A stretch of DNA of 64,000 nt from a bacterium (GCA_016789445.1 JAEUQT010000002.1:8052-72051); one strand, 5' to 3'; positions 6,985-16,877 are shown, counted from the stretch's first letter. Translations and numbers: made by a program. Notes: generated by a model not told the origin, from the sequence alone.

Positions 6985-9900
6985 ATGGCTGAAAATCGGG
7001 GAAAATCAGAGACTGCCAAGCGGGAAGAAGAGGTTCTGGCCTTCTGGAAGGAGAACAAGACCTTCGAGCGCTCCTTGGATAAGAAGGCCCCGAAGGGGGA
7101 ATTCGTCTTCTACGACGGCCCGCCGTTTGCAACCGGATTGCCGCACCATGGCTCGCTTCTTTCCTCGATAATCAAGGACGTCATCCCGCGATACAAGACC
7201 ATGCGTGGCTACAAGGTCCGCCGCCGCTGGGGGTGGGACACGCACGGTCTCCCTATCGAATCGCTTGTCGAGAAAGAGCTCGGTCTCAAGACCAAGAAGG
7301 AGATCTTGGAGATCGGCATAGCGAAATTCAACGACGCGGCACGCTCGATGGTATTGAAGTACGTCCATGATTGGCAGCGATATATCGACCGCGTCGGCCG
7401 CTGGGTGGACTATGAGAACTCCTACAAGACGATGGACAATACGTACATCGGTAGCGTCTGGTGGGCACTCAAGGAGCTCGACACAAAGGGACTTCTCTAC
7501 GAAGGGAATAAGGTCCTCATGTACTGCACACATTGCGAGACGCCGCTTGCGAAAGCGGAGATCGCGATGGACAACACCTACAAGGATATAACCGAAGAGG
7601 CGATTACGGTGAAGTTCGAATTGAAAGAGGAATCAAAGACCTATTTCCTCGCATGGACCACGACGCCATGGACGTTGCCGGGTAATGTCGCGCTCGCGGT
7701 AGGGGCAGAGATCGAGTATGTGAAAGCGAAAGCGGGGGGTAGTGTCTACATACTTGCGAAAGAGCGCGCCGCATCGGTTCTTAAAGATGTCACCCACGAG
7801 ATCGTGGGGACACTGAAGGGAAGCGAGATCGTCGGAAAAGCATACAAGCCGGTTTTTGATGTGGCGTCATTGAAGACAGAAAAGTCACACAAAGTGCAGG
7901 CGGCGGATTTCGTCACCACTGAAGACGGTACGGGCATCGTGCATATCGCGCCGATGTACGGCGAGGACGACAACCAGCTCGGGCAGCGCGAGAAGCTGCC
8001 GATGGTACAGCTCCTTAATCCGAATGGTACGTACAACGATCTGGCACCATCGTTCCTGCATGGACTCTACCTGCGTGACGCGAACAAAGACATCAAGAAA
8101 GATCTCGAATCGCGCGGCCTCTTGTTTGCGCGCGCCAACCATACGCATTCCTATCCGCACTGCTGGCGATGCGGCACACCGCTCATCTATAACGCGGTTT
8201 CTTCCTGGTTCATCAATATCCAGAAGATAAAAAGCCGACTCATCGAGGCGAACCAGGAGATCAACTGGGTTCCGGAGCACTTGAAGAACGGTCGCTTCGG
8301 GAAGATTCTGGAAACCGCACCGGATTGGACGATCTCACGCAACCGCTTCTGGGCATCACCGCTTCCGATCTGGAAATCGAAAGAGGGGAAGGTGATGGTT
8401 ATAGGCTCCCTGGGTGAATTGAAAGAAAAGGCGAAGAAGAGCGGCAACACGTACTTTGTCATGCGCCATGGCGAAGCGGAATCCAATGTCACGAATACGC
8501 TGAGCTCGAAGAAGGATGCGCCTGTCCATCTCACCGAGAAGGGGAAGGAGGATGTGCGTGAGTCTGCAAAGAATCTTGGAAAGAAAATCGATCTCATCGT
8601 CGCGTCACCGTTCGTGCGTACGCGTGAATCGGCTGAGATCGCCGCTGAGGGGCTCGGGCTCAAGAAGAGCGACATCGTCTTCGATGATCGTCTTGGCGAA
8701 TACGATCTTGGGTCTCAAGACGGCATCTCGCTCGAAGAGTGGCATCTCGAATATCCGGCAAATCTAGAGCGTTTCGAGAAAGGTCCGGAAGGTGGCGAGA
8801 ATGACTCTCAGGTGCGTCGACGCATGGGCGCTGTCCTCTGGGAACTGGAAGAGAAGTATCGAGGAAAGAACATCCTCATCGTCTCGCATGGCACGCCGCT
8901 CTGGCTCTTAAAGGGTGCTGCTAAGGGCTTCACGAAAGAAGAGATCGTCGCGACCTACAAGACCGACTATCCGAGTAAGGGAAAGATTACCGAACTCCCG
9001 TTCTCTCCCATTCCGGTGAATGCTGATTTCGAACTCGACCTCCATCGTCCGTACACGGATTCCATTGTGCTCCTCGACGAGGCCGGCACTGAATATCAGC
9101 GCATTCCGGAAGTCATCGACTGCTGGGTGGAATCGGGCTCTATGCCATTCGCCGAATATCACTATCCGTTCGAGAATAAGGCGGAATTCGAGAAGCGAAG
9201 CCCGGGCGATTTCATTGCGGAATACATCGCACAGACGCGCACGTGGTTCTACTACCTGCATGCGATGAGTATCGCGCTCTTTGACCATGTCGCGTTCAAG
9301 AACGTGGTCACGACCGGGACCATCGTCGCGGCCGACGGGGAGAAGATCTCGAAATCGAAGAAGAACTACACCGATCCCTTGGAGCTTATCGACACCTATG
9401 GCGCGGACGCGATGCGCCTCTACCTTATGGGCTCTCCCGTCATGCAGGCGGAGGATCTGCGCTTCCGCGATGAGGATGTGCGTGATGCACATAACCGCAT
9501 CATCGGTATCCTCTGGAACAGCTTCAAATTCTTCGATCTCTATCAGAAGGAGTACGACGGCAAGGCAGAGGGGCGAAAGAGCGAGCATGTGCTCGATCGC
9601 TGGATCTTCGCGCTTCTCGACGAAGTGACTGAAGAGGTGACGGCGGCTATGGAGAGGTATGACACTCCGCGCGCGGCACGAGCGATCCGTGGCTTCGTCG
9701 ACGAATACTCGACGTGGTACGTGCGCCGTTCACGCGAGCGCGTGAAAAGCGAATGGCATGAACGTCAGTTCGCGCTTGCGACGCAACGGGAAGTCTTGCT
9801 CACATTCTCGAAACTCATCGCACCCATCATGCCCTTTTTGGCGGATGCGATCTGGCGCAACATCGAGGATGGCGGCAGCGTGCATCTCGAAGAGTGGCCG

Positions 9901-10425
9901 CAGGTGAAGCGTGGGTTCTTCGCGCGACTCTTCGCTAAGCCGGATGCCATCCTTGCGGAAATGAAGGATGTGCGTTCAATCGTCACCAAGGCGCTTGAGG
10001 CGCGCGACAAGGCGGGCATCAAGGTGCGTCAGCCACTCAATCTCCTGGAGATCGGTTCGAATATCTCAAAAGAACTGCGCGACATCATCCGTGACGAAGT
10101 AAATGTGAAGCAGGTTATGCCTGCGAAAGATCTTGCGGCAGGGGAGGTGCGATTGGATACGGTCATCACACCGGAACTGCAGCGCGAAGGTGAAGTGCGC
10201 GAATTGCTGCGCGCGGTACAGGGGCTCCGCAAGGAAGGAGGACTCAATCCGGGGGATGCTGCAACGATATTGGTCTCGGCTACTGATGAAGCATGCATGC
10301 TCATTGAATCTGCAAAGGACGAACTGGATCGCATCGCGAGTGTGAAGGGAGTCGTATTCACCGACAATGTCGAAGGTGTGAGCGTGAAGCTTGGTAGCGG
10401 GAGCGCCAACATCCGCCTCGGCTAG
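6985..10425 (+). CDS. ileS: Isoleucine--tRNA ligase (type 2), with an inserted histidine-phosphatase (PGAM-like) domain
   Basis: HIGH-region PHHGSLL, WTISRNRFWASPLPIW, LDLHRPY, KMSKS as KISKSKKN, and a C-terminal anticodon-binding region; 1146 aa. Nucleotides ~8395-9040 encode a complete RHGE...SHG histidine-phosphatase fold inserted between the PIPIW and DLHRP segments. Confidence 0.9.
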   Translation: MAENRGKSETAKREEEVLAFWKENKTFERSLDKKAPKGEFVFYDGPPFATGLPHHGSLLSSIIKDVIPRYKTMRGYKVRRRWGWDTHGLPIESLVEKELGLKTKKEILEIGIAKFNDAARSMVLKYVHDWQRYIDRVGRWVDYENSYKTMDNTYIGSVWWALKELDTKGLLYEGNKVLMYCTHCETPLAKAEIAMDNTYKDITEEAITVKFELKEESKTYFLAWTTTPWTLPGNVALAVGAEIEYVKAKAGGSVYILAKERAASVLKDVTHEIVGTLKGSEIVGKAYKPVFDVASLKTEKSHKVQAADFVTTEDGTGIVHIAPMYGEDDNQLGQREKLPMVQLLNPNGTYNDLAPSFLHGLYLRDANKDIKKDLESRGLLFARANHTHSYPHCWRCGTPLIYNAVSSWFINIQKIKSRLIEANQEINWVPEHLKNGRFGKILETAPDWTISRNRFWASPLPIWKSKEGKVMVIGSLGELKEKAKKSGNTYFVMRHGEAESNVTNTLSSKKDAPVHLTEKGKEDVRESAKNLGKKIDLIVASPFVRTRESAEIAAEGLGLKKSDIVFDDRLGEYDLGSQDGISLEEWHLEYPANLERFEKGPEGGENDSQVRRRMGAVLWELEEKYRGKNILIVSHGTPLWLLKGAAKGFTKEEIVATYKTDYPSKGKITELPFSPIPVNADFELDLHRPYTDSIVLLDEAGTEYQRIPEVIDCWVESGSMPFAEYHYPFENKAEFEKRSPGDFIAEYIAQTRTWFYYLHAMSIALFDHVAFKNVVTTGTIVAADGEKISKSKKNYTDPLELIDTYGADAMRLYLMGSPVMQAEDLRFRDEDVRDAHNRIIGILWNSFKFFDLYQKEYDGKAEGRKSEHVLDRWIFALLDEVTEEVTAAMERYDTPRAARAIRGFVDEYSTWYVRRSRERVKSEWHERQFALATQREVLLTFSKLIAPIMPFLADAIWRNIEDGGSVHLEEWPQVKRGFFARLFAKPDAILAEMKDVRSIVTKALEARDKAGIKVRQPLNLLEIGSNISKELRDIIRDEVNVKQVMPAKDLAAGEVRLDTVITPELQREGEVRELLRAVQGLRKEGGLNPGDAATILVSATDEACMLIESAKDELDRIASVKGVVFTDNVEGVSVKLGSGSANIRLG

Positions 10426-10427
10426 GT

Positions 10428-11003
10428 ATGTATCAGAAATATCAGACCGATACGCTCGTCCTGCGTAGCTACGAGCGCGGCGAGGCGGATCGTATCTACG
10501 CGCTCTTTACCCGGGAATTCGGATTGGTGTGGGCACGTGCGACGGCGGTGCGACGCGAGAATTCACGGCAGCGCTATGCACTGCAGAGCGGATCGCGCTC
10601 TATGGTCTCCTTGGTGCGTGGACACAAAGGATGGCGTGTCGCAGGAGCCACTGCCATCGAACAGCTTGATATGCGGAAGGTGAGCGGCGTGCATGCGTTT
10701 ACGCGCATCAGCGCACTTCTAGAGCGCCTCGGTGGCGGGGAGGAACCGAATTCGTATCTCTTCGACACACTGGTTCACGCGTACGCATCTCTGATGCGAG
10801 AGGGGGCGGAGTTGCATCCGGTTATTGAATTGGTCACGGTGGCGCGCATGCTCTTCGCGCTCGGCTACCTTTCGCAGGATGCGTTTGGTACGGCGCTTTT
10901 CGCGGAGACGGCGTACACCGAAGCGGGTTTGCGGGAAGTGCAGGGAGTCCGCTCCCAAGTGCTTGCCTCTGTAAACAAATCGCTGTCCGAGACCCAGCTC
11001 TAA
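10428..11003 (+). CDS. recO: DNA repair protein RecO (short form)
   Basis: N-terminal OB-fold pattern (T..VLRS...GE.DRI..LFT...G......A.R..S.....LQ) typical of RecO. 191 aa, shorter than typical RecO. Confidence 0.55.
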   Translation: MYQKYQTDTLVLRSYERGEADRIYALFTREFGLVWARATAVRRENSRQRYALQSGSRSMVSLVRGHKGWRVAGATAIEQLDMRKVSGVHAFTRISALLERLGGGEEPNSYLFDTLVHAYASLMREGAELHPVIELVTVARMLFALGYLSQDAFGTALFAETAYTEAGLREVQGVRSQVLASVNKSLSETQL

Positions 11004-11019
11004 GTGGTATCATTCCCGA

Positions 11020-12996
11020 ATGCCTCCGCGGGAGCCTTCTCCAAGGGATAGGGAAGAACAAGAGCGTATCAAACGGCTGCGTGAAGCGATGTATTCACGC
11101 AAGCTCGAACCCCTGATCAAGGAGAAGCCGCGCCGTGAACTCGAAGTGACCCCGCCGCCGGTCGGTGAAGAATTCATCCGTGAGGAGCCGCTTCTCCAGC
11201 GCAGCACGGTCGCACCGAAAAGCATCCGCTTCACCCGTGTCCTTATCCGATGGGCGATCATGGCCTCTGTTGCGTTCTTTGTCGGCGCGATCGCTTTTTT
11301 TGCCTACTACTTCTTGCTCGGCGGGGGTTCGACGCCGGTTGATCCGGGCAATATCGATATCTCGGTCTCTGGTCCATTGCAGGTATCGAGCGGTTCTCCG
11401 ACTGAACTACAGGTCGCAGTCGTGAACCGTAATCGCGGCGCACTTGAACTTGCTGATCTCGTTATCAAGTATCCAGACGGCACCCGTTCTCCGGTTGATC
11501 TCAGCACGAATCTCAAGGATCAACGCATCTCACTCGGCAACATCGAACCGGGCGGTCGTCGACAAGGAACGGTCTCGGCGGTCTTTTCCGGTGTCGAAGG
11601 TGATCGCGGCACGATCGAGATCGATCTCGAATACCGTCTTGTCGATTCGAGTTCGATCTTCGTCGCTTCGACCAAGTATCAGATCGTCTTCGCATCCTCG
11701 CCGATCTCGCTTTCCATCGAGGGGAACAGCGAGACCGTCTCGGGACAGCCGATCGAATTCAAGGCGACGCTTGCATCGAATGCGGAATCCGTCGTGAAGG
11801 ATGTGCTTCTCAATGTGAATACGCCGTTCGGATTCACGATGTCGTATGCCGATCCTGCGGCGCAGAGGGTCGCGGGTGGCCAGCTCTGGACGCTCGGAGA
11901 CCTTTCTCCAGGGCAGAAGAAGACGGTGACTCTGCGCGGCGTCATAAGCGGAGAAAGTGGCGATGAGCGCGTCTTCCGTTTCAAAGCAGGTACGCGACCG
12001 GACACAGAGCAGAACGTGCTCACGACGACGCTCGCGGATTATGCGCATCACGTGATAGTCTCGCGTCCGTTCCTCGGACTCGCGGTGACGCTCAACAAGG
12101 ATATGGTGGGCGGAAGCGCGGTGGTTTCTCCGGGGGAAACTGTGAACGTCTCGGTCGCCTACGAGAACAATCTTTCAACTGAAGTGACGGATGCAGTCAT
12201 CGTCGCGCGACTCGGCGGAGTGGAGATCGACGGCGCGACGGTGCAATCGACCGATGGCTTCTATCGTTCGACGGATAAGGTTGTGCTCTGGGATAAGACG
12301 ACGACGCGCGGCACGCTCGGGCGCATCGCATCCGGCGCCAAGGGTACGCTCAACTTCTCATTCCAGATGCCGACCAACGACGTTCTGTCGGAGATCCGCA
12401 ATCCTTCGCTCTCGATCAGCGTGCATGCGGCAGGGAAGCGTGTCTCGGAAAACGGTGTTCCTGAGACGCTTCAGGCGACGGCGGTGCAGGACATCAAGCT
12501 TGCGAGCGATCTCCAGCTCATCGCACAGGGGCTCTACTACTCGAATCCGTTCGGCTCTTCGGGACCGATGCCGCCGAAGGCGAATTCCGAAACCACGTAT
12601 GCCTTGGTATTCAGTCTCACCAACACCACGAACAAGATCAAAGATGGCGTCATAACTGCGGTATTGCCGCCGTACGTGCGTTGGGTGGGTATCTACAGTC
12701 CGTCGAGCGAAGACATCAAATTCAATCAGAACGACAGCACGATGACGTGGCGCGTGGGGGACATCGAAGCGGGTACCGGCGTGAATGGATCGCTCCCGAA
12801 GCAGGCCGCGATCGCGATCGGCTTTACGCCCTCGACGTCGCAGATCGGCCAGCAGCCGCTCCTCATTCGCGACGTCACTCTCAAGGGTAAGGACGAGGCG
12901 ACGGGGGCGAATATCACGCGCGTCGCGGACGATGTCACCACCAATATCAGCGGAGACCCGGGCTTTACCGCAGCCAACGCGAACGTGGTCCGGTAA
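11020..12996 (+). CDS. Membrane-anchored surface protein with a disordered cytoplasmic N-terminus, one TM helix and about four tandem beta-sandwich (CARDB/DUF11-like) domains
   Basis: 658-aa ORF with a charged N-terminus, a TM helix (IMASVAFFVGAIAFFAYYFLL), then repeated ~110-aa beta-rich segments with a recurring G..V.V.N.G / L.Y pattern. Start is supported by an extended -10 TGgTATCAT 6 nt upstream. Confidence 0.6.
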   Translation: MPPREPSPRDREEQERIKRLREAMYSRKLEPLIKEKPRRELEVTPPPVGEEFIREEPLLQRSTVAPKSIRFTRVLIRWAIMASVAFFVGAIAFFAYYFLLGGGSTPVDPGNIDISVSGPLQVSSGSPTELQVAVVNRNRGALELADLVIKYPDGTRSPVDLSTNLKDQRISLGNIEPGGRRQGTVSAVFSGVEGDRGTIEIDLEYRLVDSSSIFVASTKYQIVFASSPISLSIEGNSETVSGQPIEFKATLASNAESVVKDVLLNVNTPFGFTMSYADPAAQRVAGGQLWTLGDLSPGQKKTVTLRGVISGESGDERVFRFKAGTRPDTEQNVLTTTLADYAHHVIVSRPFLGLAVTLNKDMVGGSAVVSPGETVNVSVAYENNLSTEVTDAVIVARLGGVEIDGATVQSTDGFYRSTDKVVLWDKTTTRGTLGRIASGAKGTLNFSFQMPTNDVLSEIRNPSLSISVHAAGKRVSENGVPETLQATAVQDIKLASDLQLIAQGLYYSNPFGSSGPMPPKANSETTYALVFSLTNTTNKIKDGVITAVLPPYVRWVGIYSPSSEDIKFNQNDSTMTWRVGDIEAGTGVNGSLPKQAAIAIGFTPSTSQIGQQPLLIRDVTLKGKDEATGANITRVADDVTTNISGDPGFTAANANVVR

Positions 12997-13034
12997 ATAG
13001 CCTCGGCGACTAAAATGCGCTATACAGAATCCCT

Positions 13035-14345
13035 ATGAGCGACGTCAGTATGGAAAAGATCGTCTCCCTCGCCAAGCGTCGAGGATTCATTTACCCCGGA
13101 TCGGAGATCTACGGAGGGCTCTCGGGTACCTGGGACTACGGCCCGATGGGAGTGGCTCTGAAGCGGAATATCCAGAATCTCTGGTGGCGGATGTTTATCG
13201 AGAGCCGAGATGATATGTTCGGCGTCGACGCGGCCATCCTCATGAATCCGAAAGCATGGGAAGCATCGGGGCATGTGAGCGGATTCTCTGATCCGATGGC
13301 GGAATGCACCAAGTGCAAGCGACGTTTCCGTGCCGATCATGTCGAAGGGAATGTGTGCCCTGAATGCGGTGGGAAATTGGGCGAGGCCAAGCAGTTCAAT
13401 ATGATGTTCAAGACGCAGGCAGGCGCCAGCGAAGACGCTGCGGCGACGGTGTATCTGCGACCGGAAACCGCCGGCGGCATGTTCGTGAATTTCAAGAATG
13501 TGATGGACAGCCAGCACCCGAAGCTGCCGTTCGGCTTGGGACAGATCGGTAAGGCGTTTCGCAACGAGATAGCTCCCCGCGACTTTGTCTTCCGCTCCCG
13601 CGAGTTCGAGCAGATGGAGATCGAATACTTCGTCCATCCGTCGCAGTGGGAAGGGAAGTTCGAGGAATGGAGGAAGGCCATGCACGAATGGATGAAAGCG
13701 GTCGGGCTCGATATGTCGAAAGTAAGCGAGCTTGAAGTGGCTCCTGAAGACCGTGCGCACTACTCGTCGCGCACCATCGACTTCGAGTTCGAGTATCCGT
13801 TCGGAAAGAAAGAGCTCTACGGTCTCGCATATCGTACCGATTTCGATCTCAAAGCGCATGCCGAACACTCGAATGTCGATCTTTCGGTCATGGATGAGGA
13901 GGCGAAGGAGAAATACGTACCACATGTCATCGAGCCGTCGTTCGGGCTTGAACGTACGGTGCTCGCGGTCTTACTCTCGGCATACACCGAAGATGGGCTC
14001 GGCGAGAACGGTCGCGTCTTCCTGAAGCTTGATCCGAAGATTGCGCCCGTGAAAGCGGCGGTCTTCCCGCTTCTCAAGAACAAGCCTGAACTCGTCGCGA
14101 AGGCGCGCGAGGTATACGAGATGCTCAAGAAGGAGGTTCCGAACATCATGTGGGATGACAATGGCAATGTCGGGAAGCGCTATCGTCGTCAGGACGAGAT
14201 CGGTACGCCGTACACCATCACCATTGATTTCGATACGCTGGGCGAAAGTGGTGACGAGAAGAAAGACACCGTCACTCTGCGCGATCGTGATACGGGAGAG
14301 CAGGAACGCGTCGCGATGGGGGATCTCCTTGCGCGCATCCGTTAA
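13035..14345 (+). CDS. glyQS: Glycine--tRNA ligase (dimeric alpha2 type)
   Basis: Class II GlyRS motifs (IYGG..G.WDYGP.G, RPETA, FR.EI..R...FR.REFEQMEIE). Confidence 0.85.
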   Translation: MSDVSMEKIVSLAKRRGFIYPGSEIYGGLSGTWDYGPMGVALKRNIQNLWWRMFIESRDDMFGVDAAILMNPKAWEASGHVSGFSDPMAECTKCKRRFRADHVEGNVCPECGGKLGEAKQFNMMFKTQAGASEDAAATVYLRPETAGGMFVNFKNVMDSQHPKLPFGLGQIGKAFRNEIAPRDFVFRSREFEQMEIEYFVHPSQWEGKFEEWRKAMHEWMKAVGLDMSKVSELEVAPEDRAHYSSRTIDFEFEYPFGKKELYGLAYRTDFDLKAHAEHSNVDLSVMDEEAKEKYVPHVIEPSFGLERTVLAVLLSAYTEDGLGENGRVFLKLDPKIAPVKAAVFPLLKNKPELVAKAREVYEMLKKEVPNIMWDDNGNVGKRYRRQDEIGTPYTITIDFDTLGESGDEKKDTVTLRDRDTGEQERVAMGDLLARIR

Positions 14346-14369
14346 ACGTCGCTATGCTATCATCCTCTC

Positions 14370-15422
14370 ATGGGAGGGACTCAGATTTCCATCACGACCG
14401 GCACGATAGTTAAGACGCTCCTTATCCTTATCGGGGCATGGCTCCTATGGTATTTGCGCGATGTCGTCCTCATCGTCCTTACCGCAATCGTCGTGGCCTC
14501 AGCGCTTGAGCCGGCGGTTGCGGCTTTGCGTCGCTGGAAGGTGCCGCGGTTGGTCGCAGTGATCTTCATCTACCTCCTTCTGGCGCTCTTTCTCGTCGGC
14601 ATCTTCTACTTCTTCATGCCGCTCATCCTGGATGAGCTGGCGGCATTCCTGGCATCGCTACCGGTGTACCTGACAGCGATCGATAGTTCTCCCGTGCTGC
14701 AGGACTACAGCGCCATCTTCGGTCTGCCGGGAGGGGACACCAGCGGGGTTATGGAGAGCGTCCGTGCGGGAGCGAGTCTCACAGGGCTTTTCGGTAATTC
14801 ATTCAGCGCGGCGGCAAGCATCTTCACGGGCCTTTTCGCGTTCATTCTTGTCGTCGTCTTCTCGTTCTATTTCACGGTCGCTGAAACGGGTGTCGATGAC
14901 TTCTTGCGCGTCATCGTGCCGAAGAAGCATCAGTCGTATGCACTTGATCTGTGGTTCCGTTCTCGTCACAAGATCGGTCTTTGGATGCAGGGGCAGCTCA
15001 TTCTCGCCGTCATCATCGGTGTCATGGTCTATCTCAGTCTTATGATCCTTGGCATCAAGCACGCGCTTCTCCTTGCGGTTTTTGCAGCCGTATTCGAACT
15101 TATTCCCGTCTTCGGGCCAACGCTCGCGGCGGTACCAGCGGTCCTTATCGGTTTTGCAGAAGGGGGAGTAAGTACGGGGCTTATTATCATCTTCCTCTAT
15201 GTCATCATCCAGCAGTTCGAAAACCATCTCATCTATCCGGTCGTGGTGACGCAGGTGGTCGGCGTGCCGCCGCTTCTCGTTATCTTGGGCCTCATCGCCG
15301 GATGGAACCTTGCCGGATTCCTCGGCATCGTCCTCTCCGTCCCGATGGCGGCAGTATTGCAGGAACTAGTGCGCGACCTCAATCACGGAAAGATGTTTGC
15401 AGGCGAGGGAGGGAAGGTATAG
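14370..15422 (+). CDS. AI-2E family transporter (UPF0118/PerM-like membrane protein)
   Basis: 350 aa with eight predicted TM helices and the AI-2E pattern (YP.......P.L.I..L..G). Confidence 0.7.
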   Translation: MGGTQISITTGTIVKTLLILIGAWLLWYLRDVVLIVLTAIVVASALEPAVAALRRWKVPRLVAVIFIYLLLALFLVGIFYFFMPLILDELAAFLASLPVYLTAIDSSPVLQDYSAIFGLPGGDTSGVMESVRAGASLTGLFGNSFSAAASIFTGLFAFILVVVFSFYFTVAETGVDDFLRVIVPKKHQSYALDLWFRSRHKIGLWMQGQLILAVIIGVMVYLSLMILGIKHALLLAVFAAVFELIPVFGPTLAAVPAVLIGFAEGGVSTGLIIIFLYVIIQQFENHLIYPVVVTQVVGVPPLLVILGLIAGWNLAGFLGIVLSVPMAAVLQELVRDLNHGKMFAGEGGKV

Positions 15423-15431
15423 GGTACGTGC

Positions 15432-16877
15432 ATGGCTAAGCCTTTCTATCTCACGACCACGCTTCCGTACGTGAATGCGGATCCGCATATCGGATTCGCG
15501 CTCGAGATTATTCAGGCGGATTGCATCGCGCGTTATCGCAGTCTTCTGGGGGACGAGGTCTTCTTCAATACCGGGACCGATGAGCACGGGCAAAAAATAT
15601 GGCAGAAGGCGACCGAGGCGAAACAGGATCCGCAGGCGTATGTCGATGGATACGCCGCGAAGTTCAAATCCCTGAAGGAAAAGCTCGATCTCTTTCCGGA
15701 GCTTCACTTCATCCGTACGACCGATGAAAAGCACAAGGCTGCAGCACAGGAATTCTGGAAGCGCTGCCTCACAGCGGGGGATATCTACAAGAAGAACTAT
15801 CAAGTGAAGTACTGCGTCGGCTGCGAGCTGGAAAAGACCGATTCGGAGCTCGAGAACGGGAAGTGCCCGCTCCACCCCACTCTTGATATCGAGATGATCG
15901 ATGAGGAGAATTACTTCTTCAAGTTCTCGCGCTACCAGACGTCGCTTCTCGACTTGTATGCGCGTCGTCCGGATCTCGTCGTGCCTGATTTCCGTTTCAA
16001 TGAGATCAAGAGTTTCGTCGCGCAGGGCCTGCAGGATTTCTCCATCTCGCGTCGCAAAGACAAGATGCCGTGGGGTGTCCCGGTACCGGACGACGATACG
16101 CAGGTGATGTATGTGTGGTTCGATGCGCTCATCAACTACGTTTCCACACTCGGTTGGCCTGAGAATGGAGCGGACTTCGAGAAGTACTGGGGTATCATCC
16201 CATCGCCGAAAGCGCTGCAGATGGCAGGGAAGGATAACATCCGTCAGCAGGCGGCGATGTGGCAGGCAATGCTTATCTCAGCAAATCTTCCTTCTTCGCG
16301 CCAGATCGTCATCCACGGATTCATAACTTCTGGAGGGCAGAAGATGTCGAAATCGCTCGGTAATGTGATCGATCCGTATGCGATCGTCGATGAATACGGC
16401 GCTGATGCGCTGCGCCTCTTCCTGTTACGGCACATCCATCCGTTTGAGGATAGCGACTTTACGATGGAGAAATTCAAGGAGAGCTACAATGCCGATCTTG
16501 CAAATGGTCTTGGCAATCTAGCGGCGCGCATCCTCACGCTTGCACAGGCAAATCTCCCGCAGGCTATCGAGCGACCCGAAGAAGCGGAATTCGCCAAGGA
16601 ATACGCTGATGCTCTTGATCGATACGACTACAACGCCGCGTGTGATCATGTATGGAAACTCATCGGAGTGCTGGACAAAGAACTGACTGATACGAAGCCG
16701 TTTGCGGTCGTGAAGACCGATCCGGAAGCCGGCAAAACGATGATCGCGAGCATGGTAACGCGCCTGTATGAGATCGCTCGCCTCCTGCAACCGATCCTTC
16801 CTTCAACCAGTGATGCCATCACGGCGGCGGTACTGGCGAACCAGAAGCCGGAGAACCTTTTCCCGCGTAAGGTATGA
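15432..16877 (+). CDS. metG: Methionine--tRNA ligase (short form without C-terminal tRNA-binding domain)
   Basis: P.YVN..PHIGFA (HIGH), zinc knuckle CPLH..C, and KMSKSLGN. Confidence 0.85.
   Translation: MAKPFYLTTTLPYVNADPHIGFALEIIQADCIARYRSLLGDEVFFNTGTDEHGQKIWQKATEAKQDPQAYVDGYAAKFKSLKEKLDLFPELHFIRTTDEKHKAAAQEFWKRCLTAGDIYKKNYQVKYCVGCELEKTDSELENGKCPLHPTLDIEMIDEENYFFKFSRYQTSLLDLYARRPDLVVPDFRFNEIKSFVAQGLQDFSISRRKDKMPWGVPVPDDDTQVMYVWFDALINYVSTLGWPENGADFEKYWGIIPSPKALQMAGKDNIRQQAAMWQAMLISANLPSSRQIVIHGFITSGGQKMSKSLGNVIDPYAIVDEYGADALRLFLLRHIHPFEDSDFTMEKFKESYNADLANGLGNLAARILTLAQANLPQAIERPEEAEFAKEYADALDRYDYNAACDHVWKLIGVLDKELTDTKPFAVVKTDPEAGKTMIASMVTRLYEIARLLQPILPSTSDAITAAVLANQKPENLFPRKV

Noticed and set aside
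13020-13925. 301-aa minus-strand ORF antisense to glyQS
   Set aside because: Shadow ORF. glyQS on the + strand has unambiguous class II GlyRS motifs.
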